From the NCBI GenBank assembly GCA_963700285.1, contig CAVOXA010000014.1, positions 416,001 to 480,000 of the forward strand: DNA of 64,000 nucleotides, given 5' to 3'. Below the pieces are notes generated by a model. It made no database searches. It was not told where the DNA came from and saw nothing but the letters and a program-made list of their open reading frames with translations. This DNA comes from an uncultured Chloroflexia bacterium (lineage in GTDB: Bacteria > Chloroflexota > Anaerolineae > JAAYZQ01). Below, in pieces: positions 52,213 through 62,526 of this stretch. Each line of letters starts with the position of its first letter. Within the stretch, counting starts at the first letter, position 1. The position numbers and the translations under genes were made by a program.

Positions 52213-53217
52213 TCAGGCCTTGCTGCGGATCCAGTTGTTAAAGACGACTGCAGCGATGATGGTCACCCCAACGATTGCCTCAAAGTTGTCGGCCGGGATC
52301 AAGTTGGTCAAGCACGACCCCGGTACGCAGCATGCTGATGATCAAGACACCCAGAAATCCGCCGATGATGCTGCCATAGCCACCTGCTAGAGAACGTGCC
52401 GCCCACCACAGCGGCAGCGATGGCCAACAGCTCCGTGCCAGCACCTGAAGCGATCTTGACCGTCTTGAACTGGCTAAACAGGAGGATGCCGGCAAAGCCC
52501 GACAACAGGCCCGAGAGGATGAAAGCTATGAGCTTGGTGCGCTTCACATTGACGCCCGGTCGCGCCTGCCGCATCCACACTGCCACCCGTGGCAAAGACG
52601 TGATTGCCGAACTTGGTGCGGACCAGGATGAACTGAAAGAACAAGACAAGTGCGATCCAGCCACAATGCCGCCGTGCGAAAGTTTGCACCCTTGATCGCA
52701 TCAGCGATCAGGGCCAGCCGGCCGTTAAAGACCTCAAAGACGAGCAGATTTTCGATGGTCTGCAGCATCTGCCCGCCTGATAGGAGCCAGACGAGCCCCC
52801 GATAGATGAACATGGTGCTCGAGCGTCGTAATAAAGGATGGAATCCTGGTTCGCGTCACGATGAGACCGTTGAAGCGCCCCCATCAGGGCCGGAACAAGG
52901 AGTGCCAGCAACAACGCCAGCAGGGCGTTTCCGCCGTCTACGCTGTTCATCGCCGTACAGGAATCCCCCCATGGCCATCATCGGTCCTACGGAAAGGTCG
53001 AACTCGCCAGCGATCATGAGCATCGTGATGCCGATCGTAACGACCCCTGTCAAAGTCGCTGCATTGACAATGCCCGATACGGAACGCAGGTGAGAAAGTT
53101 GGGAACAAAAATCGAGAATAGGACAAAGACTACCACCAGGGTGATGACTGGTCCTGCGACGGGAGATTCGACTACAAAACGGCGTGCAGGTCGTAGTCGA
53201 AGCGCGAGCGTACTCAT
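52213..53217 (-). CDS. Sugar ABC transporter permease (RbsC type), heavily frameshifted
   Basis: LMIAGEFDLSVG, FGNHVFATGG and ELLAIAAAVVGG. Confidence 0.82.
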
Positions 53218-53368
53218 CGAAGCATGCCTCCCTTCGTGGGTAGGGATGGTTGCCACCCAGTACTGGCGCCCAGAGCAACAGCCACCCCTACCCCGGCAAC
53301 AAGCGTGAGAACTAACGAAGGCTCATAGCGAAAAAGCTCGTCGCCTTCACAAGGTCTCGCAAAACAGT

Positions 53369-55415
53369 CTACCGGTATTCGCCGGCCAACGCCTCGACCA
53401 CCTCTACGTTGCTGGCATCCACAAAGCCAGGGCCGGTCGGCGTCACCGGCAGCGCAGGGCTGATGCCATAGCGAACCTTGAGCATCAGCGCCTGCACCGC
53501 GCCATAGCCCTGCAGGAACGGCTGCTGGTCGATGCCGAACATGGTCGTGCCGTCCTTGATCTTGGCGATGATCTCGGGGCTCAGGTCAAAGGTACCATGG
53601 GTCAGATCGTCCCTGGTGCCAGACCCGCCGCTTCCATGAAGGCATAGAAGGGGTTGGCACCATTCGGGCCCAGCGTCATGAAGATGTCGGTGTCGGGGTT
53701 GGCTGTGATAGTAGTCGGAGATGATGGTCTGCGACTCGGCCGGGTCGTCGCCGATAGCCAGCACCTCGGCCGGAATGCCATTCTCTTCCATGGCATCCGT
53801 AAAGCCTGCGCAGCGCTTGTCCAGACCGGTGTGGCCGACCTGCTGGTTGATGCAGACACCCTTGGTGCCGCCCTCAGCAGCCAGCTTGAGACCGCCCAGG
53901 TAGCCTCCTGCGTACTCGTCCTGCCCCAGGTAGGTCATGTAGGGGATGCCGTCCACGATGCGGGCCATTGCCCGCATTGTAGGCCAGCACCGGGATGCCG
54001 GCATCGAGTGCGCTCTTGATCGGCTCGCGGAAGAGGTCCGCGTCGGTCACGGTCAGCGCCGATACCATCGGGCTGCGCAGCCGCGGCCTGGTCGATCAAC
54101 TGGGCCGTCTTTTCCAGGTCGAACGCAGTCGGGCCCCAGGACCGTGACGTTGACGTCCATCTCCTTGGCCGCTACCTCGATGCCCTTCTGCACCACACAC
54201 CAGAAGGCGTCCCAGGCGCACAGCGCGTGCTGCACGGCTATGATGTCCACCGGCCGGTCCGGATCGGGCTCAAAGTCCACGTTGCTGGCGTCGATGAAGC
54301 CAGGGCCCGTGCCGGTCACCGGCAAGGCCGGCAGGATGCCGTAGCGGTTGACCATGGTCAGCATTTGAACGGCGCCATAGCCCTGCAGGAACGGCTGCTG
54401 GTCGATGCCGAACATGGTGGTGCCATCCTTGATCTTGGCCGCAGATCTCCGGACTGTTGTCGAAGGTGCCGTGGGTCAGGTCGCCAGCACCCGAGACCTG
54501 CCGCCTCCATGAAGGCATAGAAGGGGTTGGCGCCATTGGGCCCCAGCGTCATGACGATGTCGATGTCGGGGTTGGCGGTATAAGTAGTCGGAGATGATGG
54601 TCTGCGACTCGGCCGGGTCATCGCCTGATGCCCAGCACCTCGGCCGGAATGCCGCTCTCGGCCAGGGCATCGGCAAAGCCATTGCAGCGCTTGTCAAGAC
54701 CGGTGTGGCCAACCTGCTGGTTGATGCAGACGCCCTTCGGTGCCGCCCTCGGCAGCCAGCTTGAGACCGCCCAGGTAGCCGCCTGCATACTCGTCCTGCC
54801 CCAGGTAGGTCATGTAGGGGATGCCGTCCTCGATAGGACCGGCGCCCGCATTGTAGGCCACGACCGGGATGCCGGCATCCAGCGCCCGCTGGATCGGCTC
54901 GCGGAAGAGATCGGCATCGGTCACGGTGACCGCGATGCCGTCGGGCTGGGCCGCCACAGCCTGGTCGATCAGCTCAGCCGTCTTTTCCAGGTCGAACGAG
55001 TCGGGCCCAGCACCGTGACGTTGACGTTCATGTCGTCGGCCGCCTGCTTGATGCCCGCTTCCACCGTGCACCAGAACGAGTCCCAGGCACACAGCGCGTG
55101 CTGGACCACGATGAGGTCAAGGACCGACTCGGGACCGGCTTCACGCACGATGGTCTCGACCGGCACTTCCTTCTCTACAACCCTGGTGACCTCGACCTCT
55201 ACCTCTTTCTCGACCGTTTGGGTGACGATTTTTTCGACTTCTTTCTCGACCTCAACGGTTTCAACGACTGTCTTTTCGACCTCAACGGTCTCGACCACGG
55301 TCTTTTCGACCTCAACCGTCTGAACGATGACCTCCGGCTCCGGCGCGCCGCAGCCCGACACAACCAGAGCGACGACGGCCACCAATGCTATCAGGCTCAT
55401 CAGTTTCTTGTACAT
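53369..55415 (-). CDS. Sugar ABC substrate-binding lipoprotein with two tandem binding domains, frameshifted
   Basis: VSGC lipobox, VEVEKT repeats and two copies of QHALCAWD.FWC...IDQQPFLQGY...TGPGF. Confidence 0.85.
55241..55330. repeat. 30-bp coding tandem repeat (VVETVEVEKT) in the lipoprotein linker
   Basis: Three near-identical units containing tcgacctcaac at 30-nt spacing. Confidence 0.8.
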
Positions 55416-55618
55416 TTTTCTCCTCCCAGTAGTTTGCTTTCAGATTTCTTTCCGGCTTGCGTGAGGCTCTGTTTTGGAACGTTTGACACTTGCACCTCCG
55501 TACGACAGATTTAGTCGGGCAGTTGGATCACTTTTTGGCTACTCTCACCTCCCCTCGTCTCACTCGCTCCCACAGGTTCTCTGCGGCAATCTCTCGAAAC
55601 CTATGAGGGCATCCTTGC

Positions 55619-57598
55619 CTAACGATACTTGCCAGCCAGTTCCTCCACGATGGCCACATTGCTGGCATCCACAAAGCCGGGACCCGTCGGCGTCACCGGC
55701 AGCGCAGGGCTGATGCCATAACGAACTTGTAGCATCAGGACTTGTACAGCGCCATAGCCCTGCAGGAAAGGCTGCTGGTCAATGGCAAACATGGTGGTAC
55801 CATCTTTGATCCTGGCAATGATCTCCTCACCGAGGTCAAAAGTACCATGCTTGATCTCCCCTCCACCCAGACCGGCCGTCTCCAAGAAGGCATAGAAGGG
55901 ATTGGCGCCATTCGGGCCGAGCGTCATAAAGATATGGGCGTCTGGGTTGGCCGTATAGTAGTCATCCATGATCGTTTGTGATTCGGCCGGATCATCTGTA
56001 ATAGATAGCACCTCGGCAGGAATCCCTTTTTCTTCCATGGCCAGCAGAAAGCCTTCACAGCGGGCATCCAGGCCTATGTGCCCCACCTGGTGGTTCACAC
56101 AAACGCCCCTGGTACCTCCTTCAGCAGCCAACTTGACACCACCCTGGTATCCACCCTGGAATTCGTCCTGACCCAGGTAGGTCATATACGATACTTGGTC
56201 GGTCAAGGGGCCAGCACCAGCGTTGTAGGCCACGACGGGGATACCGGCATCGAGGGCGCGCTGGACAGGCTCACGGAACAGGTCCCTATCGCTCATGGTT
56301 AGCGCCATGCCGTCTGGCTGTGTGGCTACGGCCTGGTCGATGAGTTCGGCTGTCTTTTCCAGGTCGAAGGAGTCGGGGCCCAGCACTGTCTGGTTGACAT
56401 TCATATCCGAGGCAGCCTGGGCAATTCCATTCTCCACAACGCACCAGAAAGAGTCCCAGGCGCACAGGGCATGCTGAACAAATACCAGATCAACCTCCCG
56501 GTTCGGATCTGCCTCAAAACCGATGTTGTTCGCGTCCACAAAGCCGGGTCCTGTAGGCGTCACCGGCAAGGCGGGCAGAATCCCGTAGCGACTGACCATA
56601 TTCAATGTCGATACCATACCATAACCCTGCAGGAAGGGCTGTTGATCAATGCCGTAGAGCGTCGTTCCATCTTTGATCTTGGCAGCGATTTCCTCGCTGA
56701 GATCAAAAGTGCCGTGGAAGACATCGCCCGGCCCCAGTCCGGCCGTATCCAAGAAAGCGTAGAAAGGATTGGCACCATTCGGGCCAAGGGTCATAAAGAT
56801 GTCGGTATCCGGGTTGGCCGCATAGTAGTCGCTGATAATCGTCTGCGCTTCGGCCGGATCGTCGCTGATGGCCAGCACCTCTCCCGGCAGACCACTGGCG
56901 TTCATGGACGCGAGAAAGCCCTCGCACCGGGCGTCCAGACCGGTGTGGCCGACCTGGTGATTGATGCAAACCCCTTTGGTGCCTCCGGCATCGGCCAGTC
57001 TCAGGGCGCCTAAGGCGCCGGCCTGATACTCGTCCTGACCCAGAAAGGTCAGGTAATCGATCCCGTCTTTTACGGGTCCCGAGCCAGCGTTGTAGGCCAC
57101 CACCGGGATGCCAGCATCCAGCGCCCGCTGGATAGGCTCCCGAAAAAGGTCAGGGTCGCTGACAGTCAGTCCAATGCCATCGGGCTGTGCCGCCACAGCC
57201 TGGTCGATCAATTGGGCCACCTTCGCCAAGTCGAATGTATCCGGCCCCAGGATGGTGGCGCTCACATTCATATCGGAAGCAGCCTGTTGGATACCAGCCT
57301 CGACCGTACACCAGAACGAATCCCAAGCGCAGAGCGCATGCTGAACAAAGAACAGGTCCAAGTCTGCTTCCGGCCCCAGATCCATCTGCGGCGCGGCGGT
57401 AGACGCTGCGGTACCAGCTGCGGACTCGACTACCTCGGCAGTCGGCCCTTCCGTTTTCTTTACAGATTCGACCACCTGCCCCGTGGGAACCGCTCCCCCT
57501 TCTTGGGCCCCTTCTTGCTCCGCAGTAGGGCCGCAGGCGGCTGCCAACACTGTGACGACGATCAACAGGACGATAAATCTTCCGAACGGACTTGACAT
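55619..57598 (-). CDS. Sugar ABC substrate-binding lipoprotein with two tandem binding domains
   Basis: Intact 659-aa ORF with LAAAC lipobox and an internal duplication of a ~290-aa domain. Confidence 0.92.
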   Translation of the reverse strand: MSSPFGRFIVLLIVVTVLAAACGPTAEQEGAQEGGAVPTGQVVESVKKTEGPTAEVVESAAGTAASTAAPQMDLGPEADLDLFFVQHALCAWDSFWCTVEAGIQQAASDMNVSATILGPDTFDLAKVAQLIDQAVAAQPDGIGLTVSDPDLFREPIQRALDAGIPVVAYNAGSGPVKDGIDYLTFLGQDEYQAGALGALRLADAGGTKGVCINHQVGHTGLDARCEGFLASMNASGLPGEVLAISDDPAEAQTIISDYYAANPDTDIFMTLGPNGANPFYAFLDTAGLGPGDVFHGTFDLSEEIAAKIKDGTTLYGIDQQPFLQGYGMVSTLNMVSRYGILPALPVTPTGPGFVDANNIGFEADPNREVDLVFVQHALCAWDSFWCVVENGIAQAASDMNVNQTVLGPDSFDLEKTAELIDQAVATQPDGMALTMSDRDLFREPVQRALDAGIPVVAYNAGAGPLTDQVSYMTYLGQDEFQGGYQGGVKLAAEGGTRGVCVNHQVGHIGLDARCEGFLLAMEEKGIPAEVLSITDDPAESQTIMDDYYTANPDAHIFMTLGPNGANPFYAFLETAGLGGGEIKHGTFDLGEEIIARIKDGTTMFAIDQQPFLQGYGAVQVLMLQVRYGISPALPVTPTGPGFVDASNVAIVEELAGKYR

Positions 57599-57723
57599 CT
57601 AGACTCCTCTAGAACATGATTGGGAACAGGTTGGCGTCAGGCAATCCAATCTATCCATTTCATTCAGGAATCATTCCTAGACCTGCTCCCTCGGGAATCC
57701 GACAGAGGAACACCGCCAGCCAC

Positions 57724-58731
57724 TTAGTCAGCCCTGAGCAGATAGCTGTTGAGGATGACTGACAGCATCAAGATCAAGCCGGCCACGGCCCGGAAAACCT
57801 GAACCGACACGCCCATCAGCACCAAACCCTGCTCCAGGGTCTGCAAGAGCAGAATGCCAATGACCGCGCCAAAGATGGTACCTACGCCACCGGTGAGCTT
57901 GACGCCGCCAATCACACAGGCGGCCACCGCGATGAGCTCCCATCCTTCACCGCGGAGAGGATCGACGCTGGTCCGGTGGGAAAACTGCATCACGCTGGCA
58001 ACACCAGCCAACAGACCTGTAATCGTAAAGGCCATCAGCTTGACGCGGTGCACTGGCACGCCCTGCTGCCGCGCGGCCTCGGCATTCCCGCCAGTGGCAT
58101 ACAACCAGTTGCCATAACGCGCACGTCTCAGAATAATGGCAAAGATGACAGCGATGACGACGAACCAAAAGATCGATACCCGCAAGTTGCCGGCAGGGTG
58201 GAAGAGCTGGTTAATCGGCTCGATGGCGCCATTCAGAATCGTGAACAGGAGAGGCGTGGACTCGGTGTACTTGGCGAAATCACCGCCTCCCAGGGCGCGA
58301 GCAATGCCTCGATAAGCAAGCATGGTGCCCAGCGTGGCGATGAAGGAGGGGATGCCCGTGCGGATGACAATGATTCCATTCAGGGCTCCCAGAGCTGCAC
58401 TGACCAACAGGGCGAGCAGCATGGCCGGCAGCGGCGCCAGACCAGCGTTCATGCTAAGCGCCCAGACGAAACTGGCCACAGCAAAAGTAGACCCGACGGA
58501 GAGGTCAAATTCGCCAGCGATCATCAGCATGGCCACACCGACGACAATGATGCCCAAGATGCTGGTAAATGACATGATATTGGAGAGAGCCACCGTAGTC
58601 AAAAAGTGCTCGGCAGCGACGGAGAAGAACAGAAAAAGAATGACAAAACTGATCAGGGTCACGAGCTCGGGGTGCTCGGCCAGACGGTAGCGGAAGCGCG
58701 CGGCTGACATCGTCATAGAGTCTGCGGACAT
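57724..58731 (-). CDS. Sugar ABC transporter permease (RbsC type)
   Basis: MLMIAGEFDLSVG, IPSFIATLG, YATGGNAEAARQQGV and ELIAVAACVIGG. Confidence 0.92.
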   Translation of the reverse strand: MSADSMTMSAARFRYRLAEHPELVTLISFVILFLFFSVAAEHFLTTVALSNIMSFTSILGIIVVGVAMLMIAGEFDLSVGSTFAVASFVWALSMNAGLAPLPAMLLALLVSAALGALNGIIVIRTGIPSFIATLGTMLAYRGIARALGGGDFAKYTESTPLLFTILNGAIEPINQLFHPAGNLRVSIFWFVVIAVIFAIILRRARYGNWLYATGGNAEAARQQGVPVHRVKLMAFTITGLLAGVASVMQFSHRTSVDPLRGEGWELIAVAACVIGGVKLTGGVGTIFGAVIGILLLQTLEQGLVLMGVSVQVFRAVAGLILMLSVILNSYLLRAD

Positions 58732-58770
58732 CCCTCTCCTCCAGTCATTGGCTTGGATATGGAACAAAGA

Positions 58771-59796
58771 TCAAGGAGCATTCATCGCTCCCGACGACTC
58801 ACGTATCACCAATTGTCCCTGAGCGACGACGTTCGACACATCTCCAGTGGTAGGACTCCCGTCAGCCATCAAGGCCAGCACCATCTCCACTGCCCGCCCC
58901 CCCATCACAGCAATGGGTTGGGCAATCGTTGTCAATGGGGGCTGGACGTAAGAGGCCAATGGGATGTCATCAAAGCCTACCACCGCCAGATCCCGCGGAA
59001 TTGCCAGGCCACTCGCCCAGGCAGCGTGCACCAGCCCCACAGCCGTCATGTCATTGTAGCAGAAAGCGGCGGTTGGAGGCTCATCCAGCGCCATGAGCAC
59101 AGATAGCGCCCGCTCGCCGCCCCCTACGCGACCAGTACCTTGCACAACCAGGGTATGGTCAAAAGCGATACCCGCCTGTCCAAGCGCCTGGCGGTAGCCG
59201 GACTGCCGCTCTACGTCATCACTGTGGCCCGCCGGACCGCTGACATAGGCGATACGGCGATGGGAGCGCTGAATCAAGTGCTCAGTCGCCATGCAGCCGC
59301 CATGGCGGTTGTCCACCCTCACCGAAAAGGTATAAGAGTCTCTCTCTCTGCTCCGGCTATTGATGAGTACCACGGGTACCCGCAGGCGTTCCAGATGATC
59401 CAGGTAGAGGGCGCCCACGCGAGACGAAGTAACGATCACGCCATCCACCCGTTTGGATTGCAGCCGCTCAACCGTTTCTATCTCGCGCGCTGACTGGGAG
59501 TCAAAGCTGGCCAGAATGACGCTGTACTCACGATCGCGGGCCGTGCTCTCGATCGCCTGCACCATCTGTGCAATGAAGGGGTCAGTGATGGTCGTTACGG
59601 CAACACCAATGGTCTGTGTCCGGCCCACGACCAAGCTGCGAGCCTGGGCATCGGGGGAGTAGCTCATCTCGCGAGCTAGCAGTTGGATGCGCGCCTTGGT
59701 TTCGGCGCTGACCAGCGGACTGTCGCTCAACGCACGAGAGACGGTCGAGTGAGAAACTTCAGCGGCCTTTGCAATGTCCTTGATTGAGACAGTCAC
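58771..59796 (-). CDS. LacI family transcriptional regulator
   Basis: SIKDIAKAAEVSHSTVSRAL helix-turn-helix, CYNDMTA, VGFDD and PPLTTIAQP. Confidence 0.95.
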   Translation of the reverse strand: MTVSIKDIAKAAEVSHSTVSRALSDSPLVSAETKARIQLLAREMSYSPDAQARSLVVGRTQTIGVAVTTITDPFIAQMVQAIESTARDREYSVILASFDSQSAREIETVERLQSKRVDGVIVTSSRVGALYLDHLERLRVPVVLINSRSRERDSYTFSVRVDNRHGGCMATEHLIQRSHRRIAYVSGPAGHSDDVERQSGYRQALGQAGIAFDHTLVVQGTGRVGGGERALSVLMALDEPPTAAFCYNDMTAVGLVHAAWASGLAIPRDLAVVGFDDIPLASYVQPPLTTIAQPIAVMGGRAVEMVLALMADGSPTTGDVSNVVAQGQLVIRESSGAMNAP

Positions 59797-59860
59797 GCCA
59801 CCTCACTCATCGCGGACGCGTACAACCATGACACCCAATAGGATGTTCCGATACGGGGAT

Positions 59861-59902
59861 TGCACACGTGTGCATTATATCATGCCAAGTCCTGGTTGTC
59901 AA
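59861..59902 (-). promoter_or_regulatory. Consensus promoter and LacI-type operator of the inositol operon
   Basis: TTGACA-N17-TATAAT (59874-59902). Perfect palindrome TGCACACGTGTGCA (59861-59874) over the start site. Confidence 0.85.
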
Positions 59903-60294
59903 GCCCTAACTTTGGGAATTTTTGCACAAGAAGACTGAAACTGAGTACGCCCCGGTCTTTGAAGCTCACTTGGCCTACAGGTCTATCCTGCGTCGGCTAC
60001 CTATGGTATAATCAGTAGGGCGCAGTACGGCGCATGCGATGCCAAACTTCCCGGGAGCTGTGCTCGGGCGAGCATACTGGATTCCTTGAATTCAGCAAAC
60101 TGGGTCGAAATCGCGCTCCTGACAAGCTTCCGGGAAGTGGAATGCGGCCTATTGACAGTCATTAGGCCGCCGCAGCTCCATGGCGCTTTCATGTCGAGTC
60201 CGTAATCCGGTAGGTCTGTCTCTGGATACTCCGAATACTGGCTGGACCGCAGCCAGGCAAATAGTCTGCTGACACTGGATCTCGGTGACTGACT

Positions 60295-60993
60295 ATGACG
60301 GTCAAGGTTGTGCATTTTCTGCTATTGCTGTGTCTGCTGGCGCTTGGTGGCTGCCGGAACTTATCCGCGAACCCAACGCCGGTACCTAGAAACCCTGAGT
60401 CTGTGACGATTCTTCCCACACCTATCCTGACCAGTGAGAAATCGATGGAAGAGATACTGCTTCAGCGGCGGTCGCTCCGCGAGTTTCGCGATGCTCCCCT
60501 GTCGGATGCGGAATTGGGCCAGCTTCTGTGGGCAGCCCAGGGCATCACTAGCGAGAGGGGATTCCGCACCGCTCCCTCGGCCGGTGCGCTCTATCCTCTG
60601 GAGTTGTACGCCGCCACAGCGGAGGGTGTCTATCACTACGATCCCCGGGAGCACGGACTGCTGGCAATCGGTCACAGAGACACAAGGCAAGCCCTGTATG
60701 AGGCAGCGCTGCGCCAGGAAGCCGTACGTCAGGCTCCGGTCGTATTTCTGATTGCAGCCGTGTACGCACGTACGGAAGCGAAATACGGTGCCGAACGCAG
60801 CCCTCGTTATGTACATCTGGAGGCTGGACACGCTGCCCAGAACCTGCTGCTGGAGGCAGTGGCCCTGGGGCTTGGCGCGGTGCCCATTGGCGCCTTTCAG
60901 GACGAGCAGATCCAGCAAGTGTTGGGGCTCCCCGCAGATCACCAGCCACTCTACCTGATCCCGGTGGGACAGCCACTGGATGCCAGCCCGTAG
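60295..60993 (+). CDS. SagB/ThcOx-type nitroreductase-family protein with a lipoprotein-like signal
   Basis: RRSLREF, QLLWAAQG, RTAPSAGALYPLE, EAGHAAQN and IGAF. N-terminal LLALGGC. Confidence 0.88.
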   Translation: MTVKVVHFLLLLCLLALGGCRNLSANPTPVPRNPESVTILPTPILTSEKSMEEILLQRRSLREFRDAPLSDAELGQLLWAAQGITSERGFRTAPSAGALYPLELYAATAEGVYHYDPREHGLLAIGHRDTRQALYEAALRQEAVRQAPVVFLIAAVYARTEAKYGAERSPRYVHLEAGHAAQNLLLEAVALGLGAVPIGAFQDEQIQQVLGLPADHQPLYLIPVGQPLDASP

Positions 60994-61109
60994 GTACAGC
61001 CTGCCCAGGCTTCGCGCCAAGGCCCTTTGCAGTCCGCTGATAGCCGAAGGCCAATGAGGTACTTGAGGGGATCACGCCCTGCCCAAGCGGTACTGATAGC
61101 ATAAGAGGA

Positions 61110-61135
61110 AATCCTTCGCTTCGCGGAGGATGACA
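61110..61135 (-). repeat. Single arm of a dispersed REP-like element
   Basis: Minus-strand tgtcatcctccgcgaagcgaaggatt resembles the widespread gtcatcctgagcgaagcgaaggatct intergenic repeat. Confidence 0.45.
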
Positions 61136-61188
61136 TGGTGGCTGTTGTGGTTGAGATGCGTACGTCCTGCTCTTGAAGGTCCACCTCT

Positions 61189-61218
61189 TTGCCTCGAGTA
61201 CTCTGGCTGTGGTATAAT
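61189..61218 (+). promoter_or_regulatory. Sigma70 promoter upstream of the second homocysteine methyltransferase
   Basis: TTGCCT-N18-TATAAT with an extended -10 TG. Confidence 0.6.
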
Positions 61219-61566
61219 GGCCAGGGCTCGCGACCACGAGATCGGTACTCCTGGGACTCGGACCATCCAAGTTGGGGACCGATCTTACCGACGAGGCAGG
61301 TCTGGCAAGGTATGATGCCCAGAGAGCGGCCAGCCTCCGGTCATCGTAGCTACACGGAACGCCGATGCCCCACTCAGTGGGGTTCCATCGTTGGATGCAA
61401 CAAGCTGGGGGCTGGCCGCCCTCTTGTTGGAGCCAAAAAGCTGGATGTCAAAGGCTTGCAGGCGATCACGCGCTATGCCTGGTCGGAGCCGTAGGAGCTG
61501 AGGAACAATAGGGCATATCTGGCATCCTTCCGGGGCCAGCCGGACTTGGGGGTTTGGGTCAGCATC

Positions 61567-62451
61567 ATGACACGTACCGAGGCATTTCTGGATAGCATCC
61601 ACAATGGGGCGGTGCTCCTGGCCGACGGAGCAACCGGCACCATGCTACAGACGAACGGGCTGGAGACGGGCCGGATCCCGGAGGCATGGCTTTTCGAGCG
61701 ACCAGACCAGATACGCGCTTTGCACCAGGCTTATGTCGACGCAGGATCAGACATCATCTTGACCTGCAGTTTTGGCGGCACCCACTACCGGCTGGAAGGC
61801 GATGGGCTGGCTGACCGGGTTGTAGAAGTCAACCGCCGGGCCGCTGAGCTGGCCCGCGAGGTGGCCGGTGACGGTGTGTTTGTCGCCGGCGACATGGGTC
61901 CGACGGGCCAACTCTTGGAGCCACTGGGAGGGATGGCATACGAGGAGGCGGTCGATGCCTATGCCGAGCAGGTACAGGGCTTGACCGAGGGCGGGGTCGA
62001 TATCCTGCTCATCGAGACTATGAGCGACCTGGCTGAGGCCAAGGCCGCAATCGAGGGCGCGCGCCGTGTCAGCGACCTGCCCATCTTTTGTACGTTCAGC
62101 TTTGACAGCCATGGCCGGACAATGATGGGTGTTCGTCCGGTCCAGGTAGCGCAAGAGATCGGACCCCTGGTTCAGGGGGTGGGCGCCAACTGCGGACGTG
62201 ACCCGTCTGAATACGCCGGGTTCTTGAAAGCCATGCGGCAGGTCGCACCGGACGCGATCCTGTGGGCCAAGCCGAACGCCGGACTGCCCCACGTGGATGG
62301 CGACAGAACTGTGTATGACGCGACGCCCGAGCACATGGAGAAAATTGCTGTACAGCTTTGCGAGGATGGCGCGCAAATAGTTGGCGGTTGCTGTGGCACC
62401 ACCCCGGCTCACGTGGCGGCCATGGCAAGCGCGTTGAGGGATGGGCAGTAG
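61567..62451 (+). CDS. Homocysteine S-methyltransferase domain protein
   Basis: ADGATGTML, HQAYVDAGS, IETMSDL, GANC, KPNAGLP and GGCCGTTP. Confidence 0.92.
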   Translation: MTRTEAFLDSIHNGAVLLADGATGTMLQTNGLETGRIPEAWLFERPDQIRALHQAYVDAGSDIILTCSFGGTHYRLEGDGLADRVVEVNRRAAELAREVAGDGVFVAGDMGPTGQLLEPLGGMAYEEAVDAYAEQVQGLTEGGVDILLIETMSDLAEAKAAIEGARRVSDLPIFCTFSFDSHGRTMMGVRPVQVAQEIGPLVQGVGANCGRDPSEYAGFLKAMRQVAPDAILWAKPNAGLPHVDGDRTVYDATPEHMEKIAVQLCEDGAQIVGGCCGTTPAHVAAMASALRDGQ

Positions 62452-62456
62452 GCAGA

Positions 62457-62490
62457 GAGCGGCAAGGGAAAACTCGCTTGCTGCTTTTTT
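62457..62490 (+). terminator. Intrinsic terminator
   Basis: AGCGGCAAG-N10-CTTGCTGCT followed by a T-tract, directly after the stop codon. Confidence 0.65.
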
Positions 62491-62526
62491 GGTTTCTTTT
62501 TGCTGTAACAGACTTGGGAGGACTAG

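Noticed and set aside
55241-55330. CRISPR-like spacing of 30-nt repeats
   Set aside because: These are in-frame coding repeats with no unique spacers and no cas genes.
60295-60993. Thiazole/oxazole RiPP biosynthetic cluster
   Set aside because: No cyclodehydratase, precursor peptide or exporter is adjacent.
61304-61393. Words shared between the two methyl-gene leaders (CGGAACG, CATCGTTG, GGCAAGGT)
   Set aside because: About one shared 8-mer is expected by chance between two 300-nt sequences, and the order is only partly kept. Homology is not supported without alignment.
61315-61400. SAM-I riboswitch (CCAGAGAG..., GCAAC)
   Set aside because: No GAGGGA kink-turn, no GUGC partner and no AUC/GAU P1 stem.
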